A model generated the notes under the pieces. The model had not been told where the DNA came from and ran no database searches. It worked only from the letters and a program-made list of their open reading frames with translations. Positions 48,601 to 61,222 of a stretch of DNA of 64,000 nt are shown here, piece after piece; within the stretch, counting starts at the first letter, position 1, and each line of letters opens with the position of its first letter. The DNA comes from Dimorphilus gyrociliatus. Lineage: Eukaryota; Animalia; Annelida. The DNA lies in the NCBI GenBank assembly GCA_904063045.1, contig CAJFCJ010000012.1:930001-994000 (forward strand), written 5' to 3'. The position numbers and the translations under genes were made by a program.

Positions 48601-51600
48601 CCTGTTCATTTATTTCCTTCGCTTCAACAATGTCACGGTGAAGAAAATTGCGGTCTGATAACTTTTGGAGAATTGGTTCAGATTTCGAATTATTATTCAC
48701 TGTTTCCGTCTTGTCCACGAGAAAAAGATTCATATTGGTACCACCTTGTAACGTTTATATATGAAAGGATGAAAAATGATCAAACTCCATTATTTCCTGT
48801 TGTTACGGAGGATGATCAAGATCATTTTAAGATTAAGTGGTTATCATTTGATAGCCAACCTATATTTGGTACTACCTGTAAGAAAGACGATAGCTTAAAA
48901 AGAATTCTATTAAATTGTGGTATGAAGTTATTGTCCTTGCCAAATACTGTATGTGATACAATTAATGAGCTTAAGCTAAATGTTAAAGTTTTGTCACCAA
49001 AAATTGTTCGAAAATATCTTCGAGAGGAGATTTCGCCTCGACTACCTGAGAAGATTGCTAATACGGTTATTGTCAACATTAAAAGTTTAGAGATTCTTTT
49101 AAAATATTGTTTAAAAGATACTGAAGATGCTAAAAATGATTTAGAAGGATCACCTTTCATACTAACGTGTGATAAAACCTTAGATGTCTTTCAAGAAAAG
49201 CGAATAATCTTTTTAAATAAGAATTATCAGTATTTACCATCTCTACCTAACTTATTCTTACATTCGGCTATTGAAGATACTTTCCAACAGCACATAAACT
49301 TAAATAGTCATCATTTAATCAATAATTTTGATACTGAACAATTGGCAAATTACTTGTCAAAAACTCTTGATCAAGAGATTTACCTAGATTCGAGTGGACT
49401 TGTTGAATGGCCAAAGAATGTCAAAAAGTCTTGGTTAAGAGATGTATGGAAATTTTTATACGAAAATGATCTTGGACCAGTTGAAAGATGGGCCCTAATA
49501 CCGGCTCTAGTCAAAGATGGGGAAAAATTTAGAGAATACCTTGTACCTATAAATCTTGGACATATTGTGGCTGACTTTCGTCACGTTTCTGTGGTGAATG
49601 TCTCGATAAGAGACTCGTTGAGAGCTTTGGAATTGGCAGAGCTGGACTACAAGTTGCTACCGTCGAATGTGTGTGATTATCTTGGATCAATGACATCTAA
49701 TTTGGACAAACCAATTGATATGCTTAAGTGTATTCACTATAGACTTGGACGGTTTGACTTAAGTGTAACACTTAAACACGACGATGCTATGAATGTTCTT
49801 AACTACTTCCGCCTTATCATTGACGAGTGGATCAATGAGCCCGAAGCTGTATCGATGATGAAAAAATTACCACTATATTTTACGAGTGATTCTTCTTTCG
49901 TATCTTTGGAAATTGGATCATTTTACATTCTTCCCAAAGCTACACCTTACGAAGGAATTAAAATTTGGAAACAGGATGCAACATTTCTGCTATATTCGCA
50001 AAAGCTTATGAAATTATATGAATCATTGGGTTGTAAACCATTATCTATTAGGGAACTATACGAGGAATTTATATTCAGTAAATTTGAAAGTTTGAACGAC
50101 AAGGAACGGTCTGTTCATTTGAAGTATCTTTTGGAAATTAATGATGAGAAACTGGAAAAATCATTAAAGAGTATTGCTATAATGAAAGATACTAAGGAAA
50201 GACTACAGAAGGCAAATTATTTTTTCGACCCAAGAAATATTCTTTTCGCTATGTTTAGACCAAACCATTTACCGCCCTATCCATTCGATGATATTCAATG
50301 GAGTAGGCTCTTGAAAAATGCTGGTCTCCAGAGTGAAATGACTGTAAAACTAGGCCAATCATTTATTAGCGAAGTAGAACACGAATTATCACTTTTACCT
50401 CAGGAAAATTCAAAAAGCAAAGTTCGCCAATTACTATTAGAAATTTACAAAGACGTAAGTTACATGGAGAATACAGAAATTCTTGAGGCCTTAAAATTGA
50501 GTAAAATATTACCTGTTTGTGAGCTCAGAGACAAACTTGTAGCTCTATCAAAACCATTTAAAATGGGAGGATATGTTTCTCTGGAGAAATCAGTTATAAA
50601 AAAACACGAACTTCTATGTTGGACAACAGCAGCTATTGTTCCGAATTGGGCATATCCAAACGACAATCAAACAGAAGTCTTTGAAATAATGAACTTTAAA
50701 AGACGACCGGAAGTGGAGAGAGTTGTACAACATATGAAAAGAGTATGCAACGAGAATAACTTTTATGAAACAAAAAAAGAATGTATGTTGGCCTTTTATA
50801 GCTATTTAAAAGAGTGTTCCGGTAGTCGGATAAGTGAAGAAGAATCCCAAATGCTTTTATCATTAAGTGAATCTAAATGCATAGTTATTGGAAATCAATT
50901 CATCGAACCTATTAAAGTTACACTATTTAAGTTTGGGGATAGAATGGAACCTTATTTATATCAATTACCGAATGAACTAAGAGAATATAAAGAAGGATTG
51001 TTTCTTATTGGTATGAAACATTCGCTAGGAATAGATCATTTTGCTAATATTCTTAATTCATTGTACCAAACAACGGGAGGGGATAACATGGATCCAAATG
51101 AGCTTCAAATCTCCCTAAAATCAGTCAAAGGTTTATTCTCTCTAATCTCATGTACATCCCTAGTAAGGGATGTTTTATACTTACCATCCAGTCAAGGTAA
51201 ATTATACAAATCTAACCAACTAGTTTTTATTGATGAAATGCGTTTAAACGAACGTATCCTGTACTTGGATAAAGAGACACTTATGGATTTAAATGAATGT
51301 GGCTTGGAATGTGGTAATCACGAAGATTTAATATCCTACCTGCCAAAACATCTAAGACCTGTTAATTTGACGGAAATTGTTCAAGAGGAATTGACAACCA
51401 GTCTTATAGCTACACAATCAAAAATTGCTAAAGTCATGAAAGAGCGTCTCTTTAGCAATGAATTTGCATACGGCATCATTAGGATAATTAATCACCGTCA
51501 GCATTTTGCCAATCATGAGTTTATTAAAAATAAGCTGAAAATGTTAAATGTTCAAAGTGTAGAAAAGATTGTCACTCATTTAGTACACAGAGGAGAAAAA

Positions 51601-53703
51601 TTACCTCAAAGCGAAACGGAACTCAATTGCTTTTATAAGGAAAACGTATTATTTATATCTCAAACAGCGTCGATATCAGAAGAAATGTTGGTTAATATAG
51701 CTGAAACCTTATGTAAATTCATCAAGAATAAAACTCTTCGATCTCTTATTCATTTATTACCACCTATTTTGACTTGCTCTCCATCTCAAATTTCAGCTAT
51801 ACTTGATAAACTACAAGTTCGTCCATACAAAAGTACTTCATTGCCATCAGTTGGCTTACCAGTTTCGAAACAGGATCAGTTGCGATTGGGTCAGACAATG
51901 AACAAATATAACGAAGGAGAATGGGTCGGAGTAGTTATAGATGGTGCTGCCGTTTACGGAGTCATCTTGGAAAGACAAGACGTTGAAGATGACGATGGGT
52001 TAATGCTGTCGTTTTATATTGTCGATATTGGTAATCGGAAGGTTGATTTGAGTCAATCGGATATATATCAATTCGATAGAGTAAAATCTAACAGGCCAAC
52101 ATCAATGCCTCCTCCAACTACAGAAAGGAAACCATACCCTGAGTCTATTCCTAAAGAGCCAAGGGAAAGATCAGAGCCTAGGGTAAAAAGACAACCATCT
52201 CCCACGCCAGTATTTACGTCTACGACCGAGTCTCCCCCTCATCCAATGCCTGTAAAAACTGAAATTCCCGAAACAAAAAAGCCCACTCCAAAGTTCAGTT
52301 CAGGGAGCAAAGATGATAGTGATCCCTTTGGCACAGCTAAAACTAGGAGAGCGGGAGCAACGAGACGTAAAATGGAGAGGCGGTGGCAGACTACAGAGGG
52401 AGTTTCCCCTGGTCAAAGCCCTCCTAGGGGCAGTAACTATTGGAAAGATTTTATAAATAACTTGAATACAGAACAAGAAGCTAGTCCTAATTTAGGTAGA
52501 AAATTCAGCCCTGAAAAAACTTCTAGTTGGCATGAAAGTGCTCCTCAACAGCCACCAGAAAGTAGTTATATGAGAAGAGAAAGTTCACCACCTAAAACGA
52601 CTGAAGAGGCTAAAGAAAAGAAACCAAGACCACATTCCTATCATTATAATGAATCCCGGGAAAAAAAGGAAAGACCGTCTCGTTTCAGTCAGTTTTCAAA
52701 TAAACCTAGAACAAATATAGAAGAAACCTTTTCGAAGAAACGCGAAAATGAACCTGCTATGGATGAGACAGATATCCCGAAAGTTCGGGTAACTTGTAGT
52801 GCTACTGATAAGCAGGACGAAAGAACGGAAGATACACCGGAAGAGAAGTCGGAAGAAAGTTCAGATTCTTCAGAACCATCATCTGAAGAAAAAGAAAAGA
52901 GTGAAGAGGAAGCAGAACTGGAGCAATTACTAAATTCTATTTCAGATCAGATGGAAGACTCGTGGAAGTTAGAAAATGGAAAAAAGAAGAGGGCTATTAA
53001 ACAATTATTATTAAAGTGGCATCCAGATAAAAATGTCGATAACGAACAAATAGCTACAGTAGTTACTCAGCATATTCACGCTGAGGTAGAGAGACTAGAG
53101 GCCGGTTTACCTAGACCCCAAACGTTTCATCCGAATTTTCACGAAGAATACAACTTGAATCCTAGAAATCCGTTCGCAAAAAGTACTGACTTTCAAAAGA
53201 ATTTTTATAGCGCGTATCAGCACTTTTACGAAGAAATGAAAAAGAAAAGTGAAAAGAAACGAGAGAATAGAAAAAGGGAACAGGAACAAGAGAAAGAAAA
53301 AGAACAGAATACACATATAGAAATTGCCAAAGACTTTTTAAAACTTGCCAAAAGCGATATCGAATCTGTTAAAAATGACACAAACGTAACTCAGCCATCA
53401 TTTGCCTGGGCTTGCTTAAAAGCCCACCAGGCTGGGGAAAAGGCATTAAAAGCAGCACAATATAGTCAGGATTCCGTTTGCAGTTTTAATCACGATTTAA
53501 CAACATTGGCAGCTACATTTCGATCGAATATTGAACTTCAGAGAATTAGCAATAAACTACAAACTTTAGTTGGCAATGCTTCAATTTTATACAATCCAGA
53601 TCCCGCTCTAAGTGGGCAAACATCTTTTACAAAGCAAAAAGCGGATGAAGCAACTCAATTAGCCAGTCAAATAATTTATATTATTGAGAAGAATTTTTTC
53701 TGA
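39678..53703 (+). CDS. SACS: Sacsin-like giant protein (~4300 aa): three SRR/GHKL-like repeats, J-domain and C-terminal HEPN
   Basis: Exons 39678-39978 (5' exon assignment tentative), 40979-41085, 41184-45510 and 45575-53703 are in frame. NILEQYP..GQIL|ELLQYAEDTGA..GHFGLGFKSLFHLTD, PVHVNARFAL..R..LW, KELVRNAD, PVHVNAEW...SRRNLW, LLLKWHPDKN, AHQAGEKALKAA..HDL. Confidence 0.93.
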
Positions 53704-54252
53704 AAAGCATTAAATGATAAGTTAAAAATTTAGGAAAATTTTCTTAATTTATTAATGTTTTTAATGTATAAATAAAGAAACAAAAAGCTCTATAAATTTT
53801 TGAAAAATACGCTTTGTTTTTTTTTGTATTAAAAGGAAAATTAATAAATACAATGGTGCTTTCTAATCGAAAATCGTTTAATAATAATTATAACAGTATG
53901 AGCTAAAAAATAGTTCTATATATATATAGGCTTAATTGTAGAGAAATACGATACGTAATCAAGCATGAATGCCTTTGAATTCGTATTCGCTATTAGTCGG
54001 CAGAACACTACGACCCTATTCAATATTGAACACAGCACCCGAATTAGGGAGGGAGATTCTTTCTTTTTTTTCTCTCTCTCTCTCTCTGTCTCCCTGTCTT
54101 TTTCATGTTTTCTATTTTCTTCTGCAATTTTATATTTTATTTATTGAATGAATGTTCAGATAACATCGAATTGTTAATATTTTTATGACAATATGCTCCA
54201 AGTGATTTGAATGGTGGCACTCGTCGGTGAATCTCTCTGGCTATAAAACGAA

Positions 54253-55209
54253 ATGTTACGAATTAGCCTACAGAATACGGATATAGAAACGAAGCTAAGT
54301 GGTTCTATTTTGCTGGAAATCGGTAGGAACACTTGCGAAGTAAGTAGGGTCAACGTTCGAATTTTTGGCATTATGAAATGGAAGGGTTCGAAGAAGATTT
54401 ATGACCGGCCGATAATAAGTCATACTTTCCCGATTCTGTCTGCCTGCAAATTAACACATGGACGTTATCGATTGCCATTCAATTATGATCATTTGGGTAA
54501 AGTTCCACCGACTTTAAAGCCTGTCTATATGGATAAAGGTTGGTTGTCCATTCTATACAAAGTGGAGGTCTCCTGCTTTATAAATGGATACCACAGTAAA
54601 TGCGAATTACCGTTTAGGATATTACCAAAAGCTGTTCCGGTTCCAGCCTACGGCTATAAACAGCTGAACGAAGTCAAAAGTTTAGTTCATCGTGGTGACG
54701 TTCATACCGTTGAGTTGCAATTATCTAGAACCTATTACTGCATTGGCGATACTTTAAATACTCGAATTAGTCTCAACACTCACAGTAGTATAAAAAAAAT
54801 AACTGCAAAGTTAGTACAAAGGATCTCAACCGTTCTCTGTTCTGACGAAAGAATAATTTCAATAGCTGAAATGAAGCCAGAAAAAGCCAATAATTGTTCT
54901 ACAGAATTTTCGATACCTATCATCAATCTTTCTTCTACAATTTCAAGTAATCAGCTAGAAATTAGCTACAAACTGTTACTAACAGCTTGTACATCCTCGG
55001 GTGATATCTTAACAAAGGTGCCTATAACTATAACTAGTAAACAGTCGTTAGACGATACAGCTATGTATGCTCCAACCGTCGGAAGTAGCGCAAAAGTTCC
55101 ATTTCTAATATCATTTTCGGATGACAAGATCAAGATACCAAAGTGTTTTTGTTGTTTACAAAAGAACTATTCTGAGGAATACGCAATGGCCGATTCCACT
55201 GAATGCTAA
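54253..55209 (+). CDS. Alpha-arrestin / arrestin-domain-containing protein, single exon
   Basis: 318-aa ORF with LSGSILL..VNVRIFG (N-domain start), HGRYRLPFNY..VPPT..GWLSILYKVEV, and VELQLSRTYYCIGDTLN..LVQRI..LEISYKL (C-domain). Confidence 0.8.
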   Translation: MLRISLQNTDIETKLSGSILLEIGRNTCEVSRVNVRIFGIMKWKGSKKIYDRPIISHTFPILSACKLTHGRYRLPFNYDHLGKVPPTLKPVYMDKGWLSILYKVEVSCFINGYHSKCELPFRILPKAVPVPAYGYKQLNEVKSLVHRGDVHTVELQLSRTYYCIGDTLNTRISLNTHSSIKKITAKLVQRISTVLCSDERIISIAEMKPEKANNCSTEFSIPIINLSSTISSNQLEISYKLLLTACTSSGDILTKVPITITSKQSLDDTAMYAPTVGSSAKVPFLISFSDDKIKIPKCFCCLQKNYSEEYAMADSTEC

Positions 55210-56260
55210 TGAATGATATAAAAAAAAAATAATTGGTTTTATTAACAACATGACAAATAATTTCGCTATACAAGAAATTTAAATATCTATAAAAATAAAT
55301 GAAAGAAAAGAAAGAAAAGAAAGAAAAGAGAAAAATAAATAAATATATATTTATATCTTCTAATAATCAATGCCATAGACTTTTTTTTTCCCTTTCAAGA
55401 TATTAAATACGACTATTTTCTTCTTCTTCCTCCTATAGGTGTTTTTTTTTTTAATAAGAATTTTCTCTTTTTCATTAATCATTAGTCTAAGTCAAAAAAA
55501 ATCGTAAAATGATATCGTCTATCGCATGTATTAAAAACCTATTTTGCTTTCTTAAAGTAGGTGGTAGGCTGATGCATTTACTACTTAAATAATATTTAGA
55601 GAAAATCAAATATTGACATACGTAGGAGACAAGAAAAACTAGGGTAATTAAGAGATTTTTAGTAATCAATAGCCACTCTCTGTCAAAATGTCTCGGTTTT
55701 TTTTCTATTTCTCTCTCTCTTTTCTTTGTCCATACTCTTTTTCTCTCGTACTCTTTCAGAACGTTTTACTATATCGTATCGCTATGTTTTCTTTTTTACT
55801 CTATTTCCGTAAGCTTTCAGTCAGACTTCTCATTTTATTTTTTATTTAATATTTTTGAAAAGATAGAGTTTGAATAAATGATAATTTGTACGAGGAGAAC
55901 GTTTGCTATACTTTTATATACACCTGGTATAATAAATATAATAGTTGATAAATAACACAGAAATTAAACAAGTTTAAATGTTTATGGTAAGCTATTCATT
56001 CGCCTACGACATAAAAAAGAATGCTTTTTGTCGTAAGAACTTATATTAAATTATAAATATATATCTTTTTCATATCTTGCTAGCCTTATACTTTATATGT
56101 GAATAACTTTTATATTACAATACAGCTATTGTTTTTATTGATAAAATTAACATCAAATCTATACTCTGGTTAGAGGGGTTAATTGTTGAACACTGTATTG
56201 AAAAATATTAGACATCTGGGGTCCTCATTCCAAAAATAGTTTAAGGCTTTGTTTATATCT

Positions 56261-58654
56261 TTATTGAATGACGCATAGCTTGGATACATGCTTATCCTCT
56301 CTCCGTAATTTTTCACTTCTAAATATAGCTGATTTTCCTTGTCTATTAATTATCATATTTACAATTAATAAATATTCATAAAAGTCGATAGTTTGAGAGT
56401 TATCAACATCAACTTCAAACATGACATCGGCTAAATCTCTAGCAGTAAAGTCTTTGGAAACAGTTGTTTTCATTGCTGTAGTCAACTACCATAATAAATA
56501 AGATTATTCTATTATTAGTCATATCAACAGATTGAATGAGAATGTTCTATTTTTACCTCGCTCAAATCTAAGCTTCCGTCTCCGTTTATATCATATTGTC
56601 GAAAATTTTGAAAATGTTCATCTATCTAATAGAGTATTTAGCAAATGCTTGATACAAAATAAAGAAATTATTGATTAAATTCTTACATCCGCCTGCTTTA
56701 TAAATGGAAATAGTTTCATGCATTTTGTATAATCTACGGAACCGTCGTCTCTTAGAACAGATGGATGATCAATGACTAATTAAAAGGCAATATAAATTAA
56801 ATATTAATAAGAGATAGACAATAAAATAATTTTACATACTCGGTTTGGCTGGATCAGCTTCATTTTTAGATTTTTCGTCAGTCTCTGTAATTAATAATTT
56901 TTTTCTGGCATCGTCGGGCGTTTTTGGCCGTCGTAATGATTGTATATCGATGGGTCTTCCAATCACGGATAATTTTCTACCAGGAACAACATCAACGTCC
57001 TATTTTTAGACATATTTTTTTGTTCAAAAGAAATATATTTAGTGTTTATGAATGGATTCTTATCAATAAACTTTTAAGTAAGGCATACCCTGTCAATAGC
57101 AATATAAGTATCCGGTAAATCCGCTCTTAAGGCTCCTAATTTACCTTGTTTAGCAGCAAGTCTTATTTTTTCGACTCTGGACATTAAATTATAAATATGT
57201 TTAGTAACTTCTTCCTTATCCCACTTTTCGACAAGATCAACAGTGTGACTAATATCACTCCGAAGCCCGGCACAAATACCGATGATATATTTATTTAAAT
57301 TAAAAATGTCAGCTTGTAGTACGTTAATGTCTTTTCTAACCATAAATACATTTTTTTCCATTTCATCTAATTTTTTACCAGATTCGTCTGTTGATTTTAT
57401 TTGTAATTCTTGCTTTAGCAACTGCATTTTCTGATTATTTTCTAAATTCTATTAGTCAACAAAAACAAGTTATAAATATTTGGTCAAAACTTATTTATTA
57501 CCTGAATTTTCTTAGTAAGTGCCTCGATTCTAGACGACTTTTCTTTAATTGTATTTTCCATATCTTCTTGCTTTTTCTTTGTGTCAGCCAATAATCTTTC
57601 CTTTTCCTTACCCCATAAAGAAACATTTGACTCTCTTTGAAGTCTTTGAGTTATAATTCTAAATCAATATCCTTTTAAATAATAAATACTTTATACTATA
57701 CCTTTCTATTGTTTTGGTCCTTTCTTCTAAATTCGCTTCTAAGTAAGCAACTCGATCAGTATTTAATTGTGAGCCCGACCTCTTTGCGTTTAACAATTCC
57801 GACTCTAATGTATAAAGTCTTTCGTGAAGACCTTTTATTTTGTTTTTCAAGTCATTTTCTCTTTTCTCATTTTCCTTAGAGTACAGAGTTACAGAGTAAA
57901 TTTAATAAATAATTATACAATGTTAATAGGATACCTTTAAAATTAAACACATTTCCGAATTCATATGATTTAATGCTGATACTAAATCTAAAAGTAATTT
58001 ACTTGGGTCAATAAGTTCTTCCGGTTTAAAGTTTCCATCTGAGTATCCGTGGAAAGAATCCAGAAGAAAAATATCTCTGACACTACCCCACTCTTTCTCA
58101 TCCTGAAAGGATTGTATATTAGTCATGATCATACAATACGCCTCCATATAGTAAATACAAACTAAAGCGCTAAGCCTTTCTAAAAGTTCCTTGGAAGACA
58201 TGATATCATGTTTTTCTGGAGGGACTATTGAGCATAGTAATATTTCAAAAAATTTATCCAAAGCTTCTTTAAGTGTTTGAATATTATGATGTCCAAAAAC
58301 TTTGCTGGACATTTTGTCAATTCGCAACTAAATAGGAGAAAAAGTATTAAAAAACACATGCATCAACATTTATATAAAGAATATATTAGTGTCAATTATA
58401 TTAAAATTAAATAAATAAAAATATTTTTACCATATTATTGTAAGAAAAAAAAAGAACGATAGAAAAAGGAACTTTTAACGTTAATCTCTTGAGATTTACA
58501 TGCGACTGCTCAACTCTAATACCTTTATAATTTTTTATATAATACTTAACATAAATATAAAGACCAAAATGAAGTACTTCTTGTTCTTACCTTTTGTTTC
58601 GGTCAATGCACTTGTGGGAGTGCCAAAATCTGCACTATCATAGTAATCGGTCAT
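56261..58654 (-). CDS. Coiled-coil protein with a C-terminal EF-hand pair and CaaX box (multi-exon)
   Basis: Exons from MTDYYDSADFGTPTS (58654-58591) through ORFs 57923-58327, 57659-57850 and 57074-57427 (Glu/Lys-rich heptads) to EF loop 1 DINGDGSLDLSE (~56600-56576) and EF loop 2 DVDNSQTIDFYE, ending SKLCVIQ*. Splicing of exon 2 is ambiguous. Confidence 0.8.
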
Positions 58655-58929
58655 AAATAAAAAGCTTTGCATTATGTTACTTGACTGACATATTGTTAAA
58701 ATATTAATTTAAACTATGGCTATTATAAATTAAGCAGAAATAGTTCTTCAGTACTTAAATATTTGTATAATTGTATTAAAAGGGTATATATAGTAATACT
58801 TATAAATTTATATCTATATATATATAGTACCGAATCACCTAGAATAGGTGAATACTAACTCTTATTTTTTATGAGACACTAGTAAAATGTTTTGATAGAA
58901 AATAAGATGAACATAACTTATCTATCTTC

Positions 58930-59262
58930 AACTGTCTGTTATGCACAGCTCAAGTCTTGAATCAATGAGGTATTTCGTAAAATTCCTCCTCCACTGCTCT
59001 CCATAAATCATCTTTACTGACAATTTCATGCTTTGGCATACTTTCTTGTATGACAGAAAGTTTTTCTTTTAACATCTCCTGATATCTACTGCTATCCATA
59101 TAGTCATCATAGAGTTTAACTTCTCTTCGTGATGCATACCCAGATGGATATTGCCCCATTTTTTATTCGAACAGATCTCTTTCCGGTCCTTTCGCTGCAT
59201 CCTTTAACAAAACTCTTTCTTTTTGTTTCGTGGCTTGATTTAAGCCCAGGTTTGCTGGTTGT
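58930..59262 (-). mobile_element. Degenerate, internally deleted Tc1/mariner transposase relic
   Basis: Frameshifted pieces KPGLKSSHETKRKSF (cf. KKPLL..HKK.RL.F), RIKNGAISIWVCIT (cf. K.GGSVMVWGC), YMDSSRYQEMLKEKL (cf. MNS..Y..IL), DLWRAVEEEFYEIP and LIDSRLELCI (cf. L..SMP.RL.AVI). No TIRs recognised. Confidence 0.7.
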
Positions 59263-59622
59263 CACATCCACTTAACTCATAATTGCTGTTTGCAGATAGA
59301 CAAGTTATATTCATCTCATTTTCTATCAAAAACATCTTCCTAGTACCACGCTTACGAGATTTAAAGCAAAACGAGAATGATGAGAAGAATATTATTAAAT
59401 ATAATAATATCCTTTGTTTTGTTTCTTTAAGTCAGAAAGAGAAAAAACAAAAAAAATATATCTTTTTTCAAGTATAACACAATGACTCAACGGCCCGTAC
59501 TAATATATATGCTGCATAAGTAAAAATTCAGAAACACTAGCCTTCAACATAACAAATTTGAACTAAAATAAATTTATCCCTTCAAGTGTAACTGGCACTG
59601 ATGATTTGAAATTGGTACCAGG

Positions 59623-60831
59623 CTAATCTTCTCTTGATCTATTTACAGGGAAGGCATGCCAGATGTCAGATGGGTTATCGCAAGCTGAATGACCTGGACC
59701 AGTACAAGTGGTTTGCACGGAATTCTGCCTATTTTCTCGAGATTCACTATCTGATGACATTTGTCTTCGAAAGTTGCTAGAGTCCACTCTCTCAGAGGCT
59801 AGTAAGGACTGGCTGGAAATTTCATAATTTGCATCTCCATTTTGATATGTATCGTTTGTACCATTTATTGAAGCGCGTAAAACTGACCCTTCTGGTAAAA
59901 CCAAGTTTCCATTGTCAATTTTCAGTATAAAAATATCTATAACTTACCACCAGTGTTATATTTAAATTTCTGGCACATCCAATAAGCAATGACAACGACA
60001 GTGCTTAAAATTATCCCTCCAAAAAATCCAACGGCAATGACGTAAAACCAAAGCTGATTATCAATGAAATTATCGTCCACTTTGCAATCTACGGAACAAA
60101 TAGTGCCATTGTATTCATTTTTCTTAGTTTGCTCATCCGAAATTCTTCGAGATATAGTTTTGCAGTCCTTCGTCAAGTTGTAATGTTGAATTAGATCGTG
60201 CTCAGATTGTGGAACGCAGTTTGCCTGTAAGCGTTTTCCATTTGAGCACAGTATAGTCGCAGTTTCAAACATCTTTAGCCTTTGAAAAGCTAATTCTTTT
60301 TTACTATTCTCCATTAGAACTTCATCGCAAACTGAAAAGTATATATTCTTGTATAAGGGGGTTTTCTCTTTAGCTGGCTTTAACGTTAAAATACACATTA
60401 TGATATTTAACTAAATTGTTTATCTATAAAAAGAGCCTCATCCACACAATAGACAAGTAATTCATAGAAATCCGGTTTAAAATATGATACATACAAAGCA
60501 TCGTTTTACCATATTCTTCTGTGCAGGCGTATAAAGGTCCTGTGCATTTGTCATCTCTATATTTCCATTCATCACAAGGATAACAGTTTTTGTAGGCTCC
60601 ATGCATAACATCGTAATATTTTGCTCTATATAACAGAATACACAGGTGTATATTGTTGCCGACTGTTCATAATGAGCGATAATACATGACTGAATAAAAT
60701 AGAATATAATATTGAACATAGCCTACTTGAACAAAGTTCATATATTTTAGAAATTAAAATATAAGATCATACCCCCGTATCACTATTCCAAATGTCTCAA
60801 TAAAGACGATAACCAAGAAAATTTTGTACAT
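59623..60831 (-). CDS. Type I membrane protein with a Cys-rich TNFR-like ectodomain (paralog A), 4 exons
   Basis: Exons 60831-60773 (signal MYKIFLVIVFIETFGIVIRG), 60625-60495 (KYYD..KNCYPCDEW..KC..YAC..LC), 60331-59948 (ILCSNG..ANC..TM LWFYVIAVGFFGGIILSTVVVIAYW) and 59891-59623 (Ser-rich tail) are phase-consistent. Confidence 0.7.
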
Positions 60832-61222
60832 TACTCTCTGACACACACACGATTACTTAGAAAAACATTCAGAAATTTTAAGCCTACATACCGCGGACTG
60901 TTTAAGGCTTGACGCAATTTTTTTCACTTTTGTCAATTACAGCGTATATTGATACGAAATATTAGTCCATTTATAGAGTTCTTTTCATTTTTTATAGCAA
61001 ATTTATATTTAAAAGTAAAAATATAAAACAAAACAAGATAATCACAAATATATTTCAACAATTAGACTTTTAGTCTGTTAGTTAGTTTACTATCTCCTTA
61101 CTGTTGTGTATATTGAAAGAAATTAATGACGATGTACGCGAAGACAAAAAAGGCGTAGGTGAAGGCGAAGGGGAAGATGAAACATTTCTATAAAGAAAAT
61201 TAAAAAAGTAAATTTATAAATT

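Noticed and set aside
42574-53316. Several 60-112 aa minus-strand ORFs within the sacsin exons
   Set aside because: They are antisense shadows of a long coding sequence with no motifs or splice support.
60477-60719. ORF MFNIIFYFIQSCII... as the start of receptor A
   Set aside because: It is out of frame with the Cys-rich exon. The true signal exon at 60831-60773 splices in frame to 60625.
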